From Octopus sinensis (lineage: Eukaryota): a stretch of DNA of 64,000 bases. Within the stretch, counting starts at the first letter, position 1. Every line of letters starts with the position of its first letter. The position numbers and the translations under genes were made by a program. This document shows, one piece after another, positions 10,749-23,590 of this stretch. Location: the NCBI RefSeq assembly GCF_006345805.1, contig NC_043026.1, positions 10,044,001-10,108,000 of the forward strand, in the 5' to 3' direction. The notes beneath the pieces were generated by a model. That model saw nothing but the letters and a program-made list of their open reading frames with translations, did not search any database and was not told the DNA's origin.

Positions 10749-12929
10749 CTACCCTTTTCCTTTCTTCCCTATATGAATATATTTGTGCTTTGTTGAGCCT
10801 TTTTTGCCAGAGAATGATTTACCACAAATATCACAGTGATATGGCTTCTCTCCTGTATGAACATGTTTATGTGAAATTAAGGTACTATTTTGAGCGAATG
10901 ATTTACCACAGATATCACAGTGAAATGGCTTCTCTCCTGTATGAATACGTTTATGCGCAGTTAAGATACGATTCTCAGAGAATGATTCACCACAGATATT
11001 ACAATGATACGGTTTCTCTCCTGTATGAATACGTTTATGTTTAGTTAAGGTACTATTTTGAGAGAATGATTTACCACAGATATCACAATGATATGGTTTT
11101 TCTCCAGTATGAATATATCTGTGATTTGCTAAGCCACCTTTGTGAGAGAATGATTTACCACAGATATCACAGAGATAAGGTTTCCCTGGTCTATGAATAT
11201 GCTTATGTATAGTTAAGGCATGACTTTCAGAGAATGATTTGCCACAGATATCACAGTGATATGGTGTCTCTCCTGTATGAATACGCTTGTGTCTACTTAA
11301 CAATCTACTTTCAGAGAATGATTTACCACAGTTCTCACAGTGATACGGTTTCTCTCCTGTATGAATACGTTTGTGCGTAGTTAAAGCATTATTACGAGAG
11401 AATGATTTACCACAGATATCACAGTGATACGGTTTCTCTCCTGTATGAATACGCCTGTGATTAGTTAAGTGATAACTTTGAGAAAATGATGAACCACAGA
11501 TATCACAACGATATGGTTTCTCTCCTGTATGAATTCGTTTGTGTTGCACTAACTCACTATTTGAAGAGAATGATTTACCACAAATATCACAATGATATGG
11601 TTTCTCTCCTGTATGAATACGTTTGTGCGCAGTTAAATGATAGTTGTGAGAGAATGATTTGCCACAGATATCACAGTGATACGGCTTTTCTCTTGTATGA
11701 ATACGCTTGTGTCTAGTTAACACACTACTTACAGAGAATGATTTGCCACATATATCACAACGATATGGCTTCGCACCTGTATGAATACGTATGTGTGTAG
11801 TTAAGCAATAACTCCGAGAGAATGATGAACCACAGATGCTACAATGATATGGTTTCTCTCCTGTATGAATACGCTTGTGTCTAGTTAACACACTACTTAC
11901 AGTGTATGATTTGCCACAGATATCACAATGATATGGTTTTTCATCTGTATGAAAACGTTTGTGTATAGTTAATTGATGATTACTAGAGAACGATTTACCA
12001 CAGATATCACAACGATATGGCTTCTCACCGGTATGAGTACGTATGTGTGTAGTTAAGCAATAACTCCGAGAGAATGATGAACCACAGATGTTACAATGAT
12101 ATGGTTTCTCTCCTGTATGAATACGTTTGTGTATCATCAAGTCATTACTAGCAGAGAAATATGAACCACAAATATCACAATGATATGGTTTCTCTCCTGT
12201 ATGAATATACTTGTGTGCAGATAAATTACACCTTTGAGAAAATGATTTACCACAGACATCACAGTGATATGGCTTTTCTCCTGTATGAAGACGTTTGTGT
12301 ACAATTAAGGCACTTTGGTCAGAGAATGATTTACCACAGATCTCACATTGATATGGTGTCTCTCCTGTATGAATACGCTTGTGTCTAGTCAACACCCTAC
12401 TTACAGAGAATGATTTACCACAGATATCACAACGATATGGCTTCTCACCTGTATGAATACGTATATGTGTAGTTAAGCAATAACTCTGAGAGAATGATGA
12501 ACCACAGATATCACAATGATATGGTTTCTGTCCTGTATGAATACGCTTGTGTGCAGATAAATTACAACTTTGAGAAAATGATTTACCACAGACATCACAG
12601 TGATATGGTTGCTCTCCAGTATGAATACGCTTGTGTCTAGTTAACACACTACTTACAGAGAATGATTTACCACAGACATCACAGTGATATGGCTTTTTCT
12701 TTGTGTGAAGACCTTCATGTGAAGTCAAGGCACTTTGGTCGGAGAATGATTTACCACAGATCTCACACTGATATGGTTTTTTCCCTGTATGAATACGTCT
12801 GTGGGAAATTAGGTTACATTTTAGGGAGAAGACCTTTTTACAAATGTCACAGTCATACGACAATTTTCTCATCTCTTTTACGTGTTCAGATGAAATCAGT
12901 TCTTCAACTTTTTCACTCTTTTCCATCAT
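10749..12929 (-). CDS. C2H2 zinc-finger protein ZF-3 (25 fingers; C-terminus ...HIGKKGKG)
   Basis: Intact ORF; first ATG at 12929. Confidence 0.9.
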   Translation of the reverse strand: MMEKSEKVEELISSEHVKEMRKLSYDCDICKKVFSLKCNLISHRRIHTGKKPYQCEICGKSFSDQSALTSHEGLHTKKKPYHCDVCGKSFSVSSVLTRHKRIHTGEQPYHCDVCGKSFSQSCNLSAHKRIHTGQKPYHCDICGSSFSQSYCLTTHIRIHTGEKPYRCDICGKSFSVSRVLTRHKRIHTGETPYQCEICGKSFSDQSALIVHKRLHTGEKPYHCDVCGKSFSQRCNLSAHKYIHTGEKPYHCDICGSYFSASNDLMIHKRIHTGEKPYHCNICGSSFSRSYCLTTHIRTHTGEKPYRCDICGKSFSSNHQLTIHKRFHTDEKPYHCDICGKSYTVSSVLTRHKRIHTGEKPYHCSICGSSFSRSYCLTTHIRIHTGAKPYRCDICGKSFSVSSVLTRHKRIHTREKPYHCDICGKSFSHNYHLTAHKRIHTGEKPYHCDICGKSFSSNSELVQHKRIHTGEKPYRCDICGSSFSQSYHLTNHRRIHTGEKPYHCDICGKSFSRNNALTTHKRIHTGEKPYHCENCGKSFSESRLLSRHKRIHTGETPYHCDICGKSFSESHALTIHKHIHRPGKPYLCDICGKSFSHKGGLANHRYIHTGEKPYHCDICGKSFSQNSTLTKHKRIHTGEKPYHCNICGESFSENRILTAHKRIHTGEKPFHCDICGKSFAQNSTLISHKHVHTGEKPYHCDICGKSFSGKKGSTKHKYIHIGKKGKG

Positions 12930-14488
12930 TTTCCTCTGCAAATCACAATGTATCAATTTTTCTTCCTTTTTATTCCTTACATAAACTTCTACTTTTCTAT
13001 CTGTGCTCAGTGTTACTTTTGTCTAGCAACACTTAGATACACTTATCCAAGTTTAATCAGCATACAAGCTCCTCTTCTTCATACTCCAGTCAGTGATGTT
13101 CAGAAACTTGGTTAATGATACCAGCTCAGAGGAAATGTTTTACAGGGCCTCTATCTCAGAATGGTAGAAACAATCTGATACATCTATTTTGTATAATATT
13201 TTCCTTTAGTCCTTAAAACGTGGTAGGTATTGAGGATGTTTCTTCTGTTATGCCAGTGTCATCTGATGTTCTGAAATGATAAAGAAAGAGCAGTGTAAGA
13301 TGTAGAGGCGACAGATTCAGCTGGTATTTAACATAGGGGAGCAGATAGATGAACAATGGCAGGAAGTAAAGGAGAGAAAACCTTATCAGTACTCAATTAA
13401 TATGCTCAATAAGAAAATAGGAGCTTGGTTAACAAGATAGATGTTGAGGTGTTATCAATGCATAGAACAGGCATGACAATGAGACAGATCACAGAGCTCA
13501 CAGATATAGCAACAGGCTTTTTACACTATTTTTTGCCCCTTTTTTATGATCGGGTGTTAACATTGGGTTTTTGGATCCTGTGAGTTTGATCGTATGAATT
13601 TTCCGAGTCCTTTCCGCCCCACCATTCGTCAGCGCACCTTATCCGAGTTGGACCCCAACCCTCCGTCACAAAAAAAAAGAAACAATAGTGTACTAGGCGT
13701 AAAATAATACAAAGAAAAGAAATTGCGCCGACAAATGTGTTAGTGGCGAGAGGACTCGGAACATTCCCGATGTGAATTTTCCGAGTCGTCTCCTCACCCC
13801 TCCCGTTCACCAGCGCGCATTTTTTTAATTTCATATTCGTTTACTACGTTTTTACACCTATTACACTATTTTTTTATTTTCATTATTTTGCTCGAGTCAA
13901 ACACTGAAGGTGAACCCTTTTTACTCCCTTTAATAAATTGCTCTTTTGATCGAAATGCACTCAAATTACACGTATGTCCGCGGAGAGATTGTCGAGTTTG
14001 AAGTCAGTCTGTGGTGTAAAAGAGTTTGGAAACCACTGATCTACATAATTTCAGAAATTTCTATTTAAAGTTATCCATTGTTAGTTATGAGAAAACAAAT
14101 TGCTATCAGGGTGGGCGCACATCTCTAGTTATACCAAGAAACAAACGTTCGATAAAGGATTGGTTTCTGAACATTTCAGCGGTTGGAATGTATTAGAAAA
14201 TATTTCTCAAAATAAAACACAATAGAAGGTTAATGTTACAAACTAACATGGCAACAAGGGAGCGTGCAGAAGGTATTGTCCATTGCAAGAAAGAGCAGCC
14301 AAATAACGCACAAATCAAGGACATCTACCATTCATAGTTAGAAATAGCAGCCAAATCCCGCACAAATCAGTGATAGCTCTCTTTCATAGCTTGAAATAGC
14401 AGCCAAATCCGGCACAAATCAAGGACATCTCCCATTCATAAAACGTAAGAAAAGACACAAAGATTCGACGCACCAAAGACCGAAAGTC

Positions 14489-16414
14489 GGTTAATATAGG
14501 GCGTAACAAATATCAGAAAATCAAAAAAAAAATGTGTGTAATAGGTGTAAAACAACTTCCTATGAACGAATATGAAAAAAAATATTCGCGCACGCGAAAG
14601 GGGGGTGGGGAGAGGCCTCGGAAAATTTACATCGGGAAGTTCCGAAAGCGTCTGAGGGGCTGACCCGGGCACCAAAACAAAAAAAAAATAGTGTAATATG
14701 TGTAAAACAACTTGCTCTAAACGAATATGAAAAAAAAAATGCGCTCTCGCGAAAGAGGGGTGGGGGAGAGGCCTCGGAATATTTATATCGGGAATTTCCG
14801 AAAGCGTCTGAACCGGGCACAAAAACAAAAACAAAAACAGCGTAATAGGTGTAAAACAACTTGCTCTAAACGACTATCATGAAAAAAATGCGCGCTCGCG
14901 AAAGGGGGGTGGGGGAGAGGCTTCGGAAATTTCACATCTTCAGTCCACGGCCTTTAAACTAAGAAAAAATAGTGTAATTGGTGTAAAACTACTTGTTCTA
15001 AACGAGTATCAAGAACACACACTCACACATGAATCATAAACTCCGTATTTCGCAAAAAAAAAAAATAAAGAGAAGAAATTCTGGAAAATGTGAAGAAATG
15101 TTGGATCTCATTCCTTGGTTAAAGCTATTTTAAACATTAAATTTATGCTTTTCTTTGAAATAGTTCAGATATATGCAATTCTTCTCACTTATTAAGATGC
15201 ATTTATCAGAAAAAAAGAGACAGAAAAAATTATTATTTTGTGTCAATCCTTCCCTAATTATCCTTTATTAATTAGTTTTGGCGTGTATTTTTTTCCCAAA
15301 TTTATTTTCTCACCTTTACAACACTGTTTAGTAAAGCAATTAATTATCTTTATAATTTGCATATTTGACTTATTAATCAAAATTCTCTAGATGTAATATA
15401 TACTAAGTAATGCATCCTTCATTTATGTGTTCCGTTCTGTATTATGCATGCGTGACTGTTTGTATGTAAGTGTGTTTAACTGTGCACATGAATGTGAATA
15501 TTAAAGAACATATTTATTTACTATGATTGTTATTTTCAGAACAAATAAATCTTTTGGCTGTTATGTTATTGATGTTATTATTATTGCTAGTTAAAGGGTG
15601 GTGACTTGGCTGAATATTTTGAGTCTTGTAGTATGTAGTTGTGTTAGTCAATATTCTGAGTTCAAATCCAACTCATTTCTTTATCATCATTATCGATGGA
15701 CCACTCAAAGAGGTATGTATACATATCATTTTCGTAACATAATTTCTGTAGTATTTCAAGATGTTTCTGACACGTATTTTGATTCACATGGCGGAGATCC
15801 AACATTTCTTCACTTTTTCCTGAATTTCTTCTCTTTATTTTTTTTTTTGCGAAATACGGAGTTTATGATTCATGTGTGAGTGTGTGTTCTTGATACTCGT
15901 TTAGAACAAGTAGTTTTACACCAATTACACTATTTTTTCTTAGTTTAAAGGCCGTGGACTGAAGATGTGAAATTTCCGAAGCCTCTCCCCCACCCCCCTT
16001 TCGCGAGCGCGCATTTTTTTCATGATAGTCGTTTAGAGCAAGTTGTTTTACACCTATTACGCTGTTTTTGTTTTTGTTTTTGTGCCCGGTTCAGACGCTT
16101 TCGGAAATTCCCGATATAAATATTCCGAGGCCTCTCCCCCACCCCTCTTTCTCGAGAGCGCATTTTTTTTTTTCATATTCGTTTAGAGCAAGTTGTTTTA
16201 CACATATTACACTATTTTTTTTTTGTTTTGGTGCCCGGGTCAGCCCCTCAGACGCTTTCGGAACTTCCCGATGTGAATTTTCCGAGGCCTCTCCCCCACC
16301 CCCCTTTCGCGTGCGCGAATTTTTTTTTTCATATTCGTTCATAGGAAGTTGTTTTACACCTATTACACACATTTTTTTTTGATTTTCTGATATTTGTTAC
16401 GCCCTATATTAACC
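14489..16414. mobile_element. Non-autonomous foldback DNA transposon with ~621-bp TIRs and an 8-bp TSD (Merlin-like)
   Basis: TIRs 14489-15109 and 15794-16414; termini GG...CC; TSD cgaaagtc at 14481-14488 and 16415-16422; empty site seen in paralogues (e.g. ~4910). Confidence 0.85.
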
Positions 16415-16638
16415 CGAAAGTCTACAGAATTAAAAACAATGAAAATTTTCTTTGCTTAATACTTACGGAAATGCTTCATAAAGGATAGTGTTGTTATATA
16501 CGTGTGTGTCTGGCAGTTGAGAAACACATCATAAATACGTATTGTAAGTATTATAAATGTATAAAAATCAGCTGATTCAAAGAAATTGACACACTGGACA
16601 TTTCACCAAACATCAAAACCAATTAGGAAGCACCTTCA

Positions 16639-16650
16639 ACGCGCATGCGT
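16639..16650. promoter_or_regulatory. NRF1-like ACGCGCATGCGT upstream of ZF-3
   Basis: Paralogous block, displaced ~1.9 kb by the foldback insertion. Confidence 0.45.
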
Positions 16651-16722
16651 ATTTCCTCTCTCAACTATTCAAGACAAAAAAGTCTCATTATCTCCCTTTA
16701 CGTTTCAGTATAGTACCGATTG

Positions 16723-16753
<31 letters not shown>

Positions 16754-16761
16754 TTATATAA

Positions 16762-16845
<84 letters not shown>

Positions 16846-16849
<4 letters not shown>

Positions 16850-17690
16850 CAGAATTGTCCGGTGTTGCTCGGGGCTGAATTGCTTGAAAGTACTGTTAAT
16901 GATTGCACTGAATTATGATGATTATTCAGGCAAATATTGATATAAGTTTACGGTGGGAGATAAGGACTTAACGATTAAACGTGTGCCATTGCATTGTTTT
17001 GGGGGAACCAAATATCTGATGAGCATTATAGGGGCACCAACTTTAAGTTTGAGAAAGTGTGGTGGTAGTCCGGGGTGCTCAAAGGAATTGAGTACCTCTA
17101 TTGGACAGTTGATGACGTCCTCTGCGTCAGGAGTTGTATCGATAGACTGATATACATAGACTTCCCTAGGAATGAGTTTTAGCATTTCATCATTACTATG
17201 GTGAACAGTTTTATTCCTCGGGGCCAGAATAGCCCTTTGGCCAATCCGATCCATATTCTGATAATTAGCTTGTAGATCTGGGAACACTGCATCTCTGAGA
17301 TCAGAAGGCGTCTTAACAAAGGTACAAATGGAATCGATGGCAATATTACCAGTTTCATCCCCTGGTATTTTGCCTTCGCCAAGTGCAAAGAGGGTGTGAG
17401 GAAATGCTGCTGATGTGATATTACGTTGCATATGAGCACGCATATTGGTGTGAAGTTTGAGAGTTACTTCCCTTTATTAAAAAATATGCATTAAAATGGA
17501 AAAAAATGATGGTAAATTATTTGTAAAATCGTAGACTCATCGTAGACGCGCGCTAATACCCAGAAGGGCTCGATATGAATCACGACTATAAGATACCCGG
17601 TTTTGGTTAAACTGCATCGCAAAATGTGGGAGTAGTTAGGAATCTAAATCGGAGTAGACAGACACACAACCTTTCTTTTATATATAAAGA
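16846..17690 (-). mobile_element. Non-autonomous Helitron carrying a PIF1 helicase fragment
   Basis: Minus strand A|TC...CTAA|T with a subterminal GC hairpin; ORF 16922-17443 has RAILAPRN...LKLKVGAPIMLIR...CNGTRL, the PIF1/RepHel C-terminal motif. Confidence 0.85.
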
Positions 17691-18365
17691 TTTTCGTCCT
17701 AAAAAACTTTGTATGGATTGAATGGTTACCTCTATGGAAATATATACACGCTCATTATACATACATGTGTGTATAGATGAATATATAAATACATTTAAAT
17801 ATCTATATACACTTTTGGGCGATCTTTCTTTTTCTTAGAGATAACTTTAGATCTTATTTTCGTCCTAAAAAACTTTGTATGGAGTGAATGGTTACCTCTA
17901 TGGAAATATATACATACATGTGGGCATAGATGAATATATAAATACATTTATATATCTATATACACTTTTGGGCGATCTTTCTGCTACTTAGAGATAACTT
18001 TAGATCTTATTTTCGTCCTAAAAAACTTTGTGCGGAGTGAATGGTTACGTCTATGGAAATATATACACAAACATTATACATACATCTGTGTATAGATGAA
18101 TATATAAATACATTTAAATATCTATATACACTTTTGGGCGATCTTTCTGCTACTTGGATATACTTTAGATCTTATATTCGTCCTAAATAACTTTGTATGG
18201 AGTGAATGGTTACCTCTATGGAAATATATACACACACATTATACATACATCTGTGTATAGTTGAATATATAAATACATTTAAATATCTATATACACTTTT
18301 GGGCGATGTTTCTGCTACTTGGATATACTTTAGATCTTATATTCGTCCTAAAAAACTTTGTATGA
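17691..18365. repeat. ~165-bp tandem repeat, 4 units plus a partial
   Basis: cgtcctaaa recurs at 17695, 17861, 18014, 18179 and 18344. Confidence 0.85.
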
Positions 18366-18592
18366 ATTGAAAAATAAAATGAATTGAAATTTTTAAGAAA
18401 GGAATTTGTTTACATACATGTGTGAAATGGCAAATGTTTGTGCAGTTGTCCGAAATGGAACCAGGGTAAATGTGTGGAACTGATGTATAATAATGAATAG
18501 GCCTTCTTGTTGTGAATATTAATTTGATGAATATGAACTGAAAACCAGTGGTGTAGCAAAAAGGATGACCAGTCTGACTGGCTCATCCCTGT

Positions 18593-18627
<35 letters not shown>

Positions 18628-18973
18628 TCACACACACACACACACACACACGCACGCACACACACACTCACACACACGCACACACACACACACGTTAGCT
18701 TACAATTTTATTTATATATTTGCGTGTCTGTGTGTAAAGAGGAAGTGGGAGTAATATGCAGAGTAAAGGCTTTGAAGTGAAATGGTAGTTTTCTCGAATT
18801 TTTTCTGAAATGGGGGTGAAATTGAAAGAAATTTTGTATGTCATGACCGAATGGAAGTACTTTGAAAAATCATAAGTAAACTCTAATTGAAGAAATTGTG
18901 TGAGGAGTAAATCGTTATGTATTTATTTGTTTCTGTTTGCTGTGTTTTTTTTTTTTGAGTAGTGGTTTAAGGT

Positions 18974-19185
18974 ACACTTGCAAAGAGAAAGTATGAGAAA
19001 TTATGGTGATAGCATGAGTGATCCGTTTTATATAAATACTTTCACTTTAATCGTTGCACACTTGCAAAGAGAAAGGAGGAGAAATTAGGGTGATAGCATG
19101 AGTGATCCGTTTTATATAGATACTTTCACTTTAATCGTTGCACACTTGCAAAGAGAAAGTAGGAGAAATTAGGGTGATAGCATGA
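18974..19185. repeat. 84-bp tandem repeat, ~2.5 units
   Basis: acacttgcaaagagaaag at 18974, 19058 and 19142. Confidence 0.8.
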
Positions 19186-19320
19186 GCGAAGCAGATCGCT
19201 CCGTTTTTGTGTGTGTGTGTTTGTGTGTGCTGTAGCCCACACTAAGAAAAGCACTTCACTTACACACCAGAATGTGAGTTTTCTCGAAATTTTGCTTAAT
19301 TGGGGTTCAAATTTGAAAAA

Positions 19321-19452
19321 CTAGACCTGGCACGACCCGATGTATTCTACTCTTAAAAATGCTAGGTAAATTGTAATTGAAGAAATCCTATATTGTAGAT
19401 TTCTATAAGAGACAAAGGGAGGCAGATAAAATCTGCCTTTTATAATAAGAGA
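19321..19452 (-). mobile_element. Possible mini-Helitron
   Basis: Minus strand A|TCTCTTATTATAAAAGG...CTAG|T; the subterminal hairpin is weak. Confidence 0.3.
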
Positions 19453-19684
19453 TACATATATATACATATATAAATATGCATAAATATATATATACATATA
19501 TAAATATAAATGTGCATATATATATATATACATATATATGAATATATATATATACATATCTATATACATATATATATATAAATATTCATATATTTATATA
19601 TATACATATATATATATATATACACATATATATATACATATATATATATACACATATATATATACATATATATATACATATATA
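19453..19684. repeat. (TA)n-rich microsatellite
   Basis: Direct reading. Confidence 0.95.
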
Positions 19685-22629
19685 TCATCATCATCATCAT
19701 TTAGCGTCCGTTTTCCATGCTAACATGGGTTGGACGGTTCAACTGGGGTCTGTGAAGCCAGAAGGCTGCACCAGGCCCAGTCAGATGTGGCAGTGTTTCT
19801 ACGGCTGGATGCCCTTCCTAACGCCAACCACTCCGTGAGTGTAGTGGGTGCTTTTTACCTGCCACCCGCACAGGTGCCAGATAGAGCTGGCAAACGCCCA
19901 CGAACGGATGGTGCTTTTACGTGTCACCGGCACGGGGGCCAGGCGAGGCTGGCAACGGACACGAATGGATGGTACTTTTACGTGCCACCAACACGGGGGC
20001 CAGACAGAGCTGGCAAACGGCCATGAAACGGATGGTGCTTTTACGTGTCACCGGCACGGGGGCCAGGTGAGGCTGGCAACGGACACGAACGGATGGTGCG
20101 TTTACGTGCCACCGACACGGGGTCAAGACAGAGCTGGCAAACGGCCACGAACGGATGTTGCTTTTACGTGTCACCGGCACGGGGGCCAGGCGAGGCTGGC
20201 AACGGACACGAATGGATGGTGCTTTTACGTGCCACCGACACGGGGAGCCAGACAGAGCTGGCAAACGGCCACAAACGGATGTTGCTTTTACGTGTCACCT
20301 GCACGAGGGCCAGGCGAGGCTGGCAACGGACACGAACGGATGGTGCTTTTACGTGCCACCGACACGGAGGCTAGACGGGGCGGGGCCGGCAACGACCACG
20401 ATCAGATGGTTCGCTTAACCACAGCTGCAATTCCCACTGATGTTGATCAACCTCAATTTGGTTCTGCTTTCTGATATATGAATTGATTTGGTTTGATTTT
20501 GATTTTAACTGTTCTCACTGGTCTTGCCGGGTTTTCTCACGCACAGCATACTTCCAAAGGTCTCGGTCTCTGGTCATTTCCTTGGTGAGACCTAAAGTTC
20601 GAAAGTCGTGCTTCACCACCTCGACCCAGGTTTTCCTGGGTCTACCTCTTTCACAGGTCCCCTCAACTGCCAGGGTGTGGCACTTTTGCACACAACTATC
20701 TTCAGCCATTCTCATCACATGACCATACCAGCGCAAACGTCTCTCTTGCACACAACAACTGATGCTTCTTAGGTTCAACTTTTCTCTCGAGGTACTTACA
20801 CTCTTTCGATTATGAACACTGACTTTACACATCCATCAGAGCATACTAGCTTCATTTCTTGCGAGCTTACGCAAGTCCTCAGCAGTCACAGCCCAAGTTT
20901 CACTACCATGTAGCATGGCTGTACGTACACATGCATCATACAGTCTGCCTTTTACTTTGAGTGAGAGCCCTTTTGTCACCAGCAGGGGTAAGAGCTCTCT
21001 AAACTTTGCCCAGGCTATTCTTACTCTAACAGTTACACTTTCAGCACACCCGCCCCCGCTACTGACTTGGTCACCTAGGTAGCGGAAGCTATCAACTACT
21101 TCTAGTTTTTCTCCCTGGAACGTGGTAGAAGTTGGTCTCTGCATATTTTCAGAGTTTATTGCTCCTGAGCATCTGCCACAGATAAAAACTATTTTCCTAG
21201 TTAGTCTTCCTTTCACATTACTACATCTCTTATGTGTCCATAGCTTACATTTGGTGCATCTTATAGAGTTTCTACCTACGCCTTTTCTACAGATCGAGCA
21301 GGGACATCTACCTGAAGGCGTTTGTGATTGGTCTACCTTCCTACTTATTAGGACTTTGGTTTGGGCTAGGCTGATTCTAAGGCCCTTCGATTCTAAACCT
21401 TGCTTCCATACCTGAAACTTCTCCTCTAGTTCTGATAGAGACTCAGCAATTAGAGTAAGGTCATCAGCATAGAGGAGCTCCCAGGGGCATCCTGTCTTGA
21501 ATTCCTCCGTTATTGCCTGGAGGACTATGATAAATAGGAGGGGACTGAGGACTGAACCTTGGTGGACCCCAACCTCTACCCTGAATTCTTCACTGTACTC
21601 GATGCCAACCCTCACCTTACTAGCAGCGTCTCTGTACATGGCTTGTACAGTTCTCACTAACCATTCATTTATCCCTAGTTTCCTCATTAACCACCAGATA
21701 AGGGATCGGGGGACCCTGTCGAAGGCTTTCTCCATATCAACAAAAGCCAGGTATAGGGGCTTGTCTTTGGCTAGGTATTTCTCCTGCAGCTGTCTTACCA
21801 TGAAAATAGCATCAGTAGTACTTTTCCCTGGCACGAACCCAAACTGCATCTGATCTAGGCTAACTCTCTCTCTAATTAGTTGGGCTATAACCCTCTCCGT
21901 AACCTTCATTACCTGATCCAGCAGCTTGATACCCCTGTAGTTATTTGTATCTAGGGCATCACCTTTACCTTTGTAGCAGTTGACTATTATGCTGCTACAC
22001 CAGTCATTGGGTATGACTCCTTCGTGTATCACCTGATTAACTATACGGGTGACTAGGCTATAGCCGACACTACCAGATATTTTGAGCATCTCTGCAGTAA
22101 TTCCTGATGGGCCTGGGGCTTTCCCTGTTTTCATGCTTGTAATTGCCTTAACTACTAAGGAACTGTCAACTCGGATTGCTGGTCCCTCTGTTGGGTCGAC
22201 ATTCGGCAGACTCTCTGTATCCCATTCATTTTCCTCATTCAGCAACCTTTCATAGTGGCGTCTCCAAACTTCTCACTTTGTATCCTCATTTAGCGCAAGT
22301 GAACCGTCATCCATGCGAACACATTTTTCTCCTACCACGTCACGATTCTCCCTCACACACTGTCTTGCTATACGAAATACCTCAAGTCTTTCATCCTCAC
22401 GGCGCAGGACATTGGCATATTTTTTCTTATCTGCTTCCCCTTTGGCTAAATAAACCTGCCTCCTAGCTTCCCTTCTTGCAGTCTGATACACTTCCCTGCT
22501 ACCACCGTTCTTCCAGTCCTTCCAAGCCTGTTTCTTTTGTCTAATAGCCCTGTCAACAGTATTGTTCCACCACCACGTTATTCTGGGTCTTGTGGGGACT
22601 TTGCACCAGCCACAGATCTGGTCAGTGGC
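19685..22629 (-). mobile_element. 5'-truncated RTE-clade LINE
   Basis: (ATG)n 3' tail, repeat-containing 3' UTR, RT coding sequence in three frames (22273-22620, 20836-22245, 20515-20832); no endonuclease domain left. Confidence 0.9.
20836..22245 (-). pseudogene. Reverse transcriptase core of the RTE LINE (frameshifted at both ends), with an internal PHD-like finger
   Basis: KAPGPSG, QFGF.PG.ST.DAIF, FVDMEKAFDRV, GVHQGSVLSP, YADD (21460-21471), FRYLG. Confidence 0.92.
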
Positions 22630-22642
22630 TATATATATAAAC

Positions 22643-22677
<35 letters not shown>

Positions 22678-22708
22678 TATATATATATACACACACACAT
22701 AAATACAT

Positions 22709-22743
<35 letters not shown>

Positions 22744-23590
22744 CACACTCCTCCTCCGTCCCGTCGCGGTCACGTGATGAGATGCCTATTTCTGTCTTTT
22801 CTTCTCTGGCCTCCTGCAAGTAGAGACATAAATTCTGTTGCTCTACCGTTCTGAAAGAATAGCGTTCTTAAAATAATTTTATCTCATTTGGCTTAACAGC
22901 TCTCCTTGTTTGTGCTACTGTTATTCTCTGTTGTCCTTTCTTTTACTGTTTATATTTTGTACTGTCGTTACTGTCCTGTTTTTGTTACCATATTTACCCC
23001 TCTGGAAAAAAATCACAAATTTTATATAAATTTGATTTCCACGGGAAGGAAAATTTCATTGAAGTCATGTATCGCCTTGACCTTCGAAACGTGGAGTAGA
23101 TGAAATTAATGCGATTGAAGAAGGGGAACTTTCCTTGTATTGTTTGTCCTGTACTCTATTTTTTCGTTGTTTAAAAAAATGTCCATTTCCTTGGTTTTGT
23201 GTTTATGTTTTCGTTTCTCATTGTGTTCGACGTTTTTTTGGTGTCCTGTACCCATATATGCATGTATATATACATGTAGAGGTAGGTACGTACATGTATG
23301 TATGCATATGTTTTATTTATTTATATATATATATGTGTGTGTGTATATGAAAGAAAAATGGTGTTCAGAATGCTGCATGGTTGTAAAAATATATATTTAT
23401 TTACATATCCCATATTATTTCTTCATATAAGCGCTTTTAACAACTCTGAAACTACATATATGTGTGTGTGTGTGTGTGTGGAGGTGCAATGTTAAAGGTA
23501 CGTAACAAACAGTAAACAATTCTCTTGCTTTGTCTCCTGTAAAAATATTGTGTTTCATTAAAACAATATTTTGAGAGAATAATTTACCAG

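Noticed and set aside
19730-20474. Overlapping 98-208-aa ORFs with repeated peptides (also 61929-62633)
   Set aside because: Stop-poor GC-rich tandem repeats of the RTE 3' UTR, or the RT antisense strand.
23050-23110. Possible additional hammerhead (aatttcat...gtca/tgac...cgaaacgt...atgaaatt)
   Set aside because: Helix-like pairings exist, but the CUGANGA-type core is missing.
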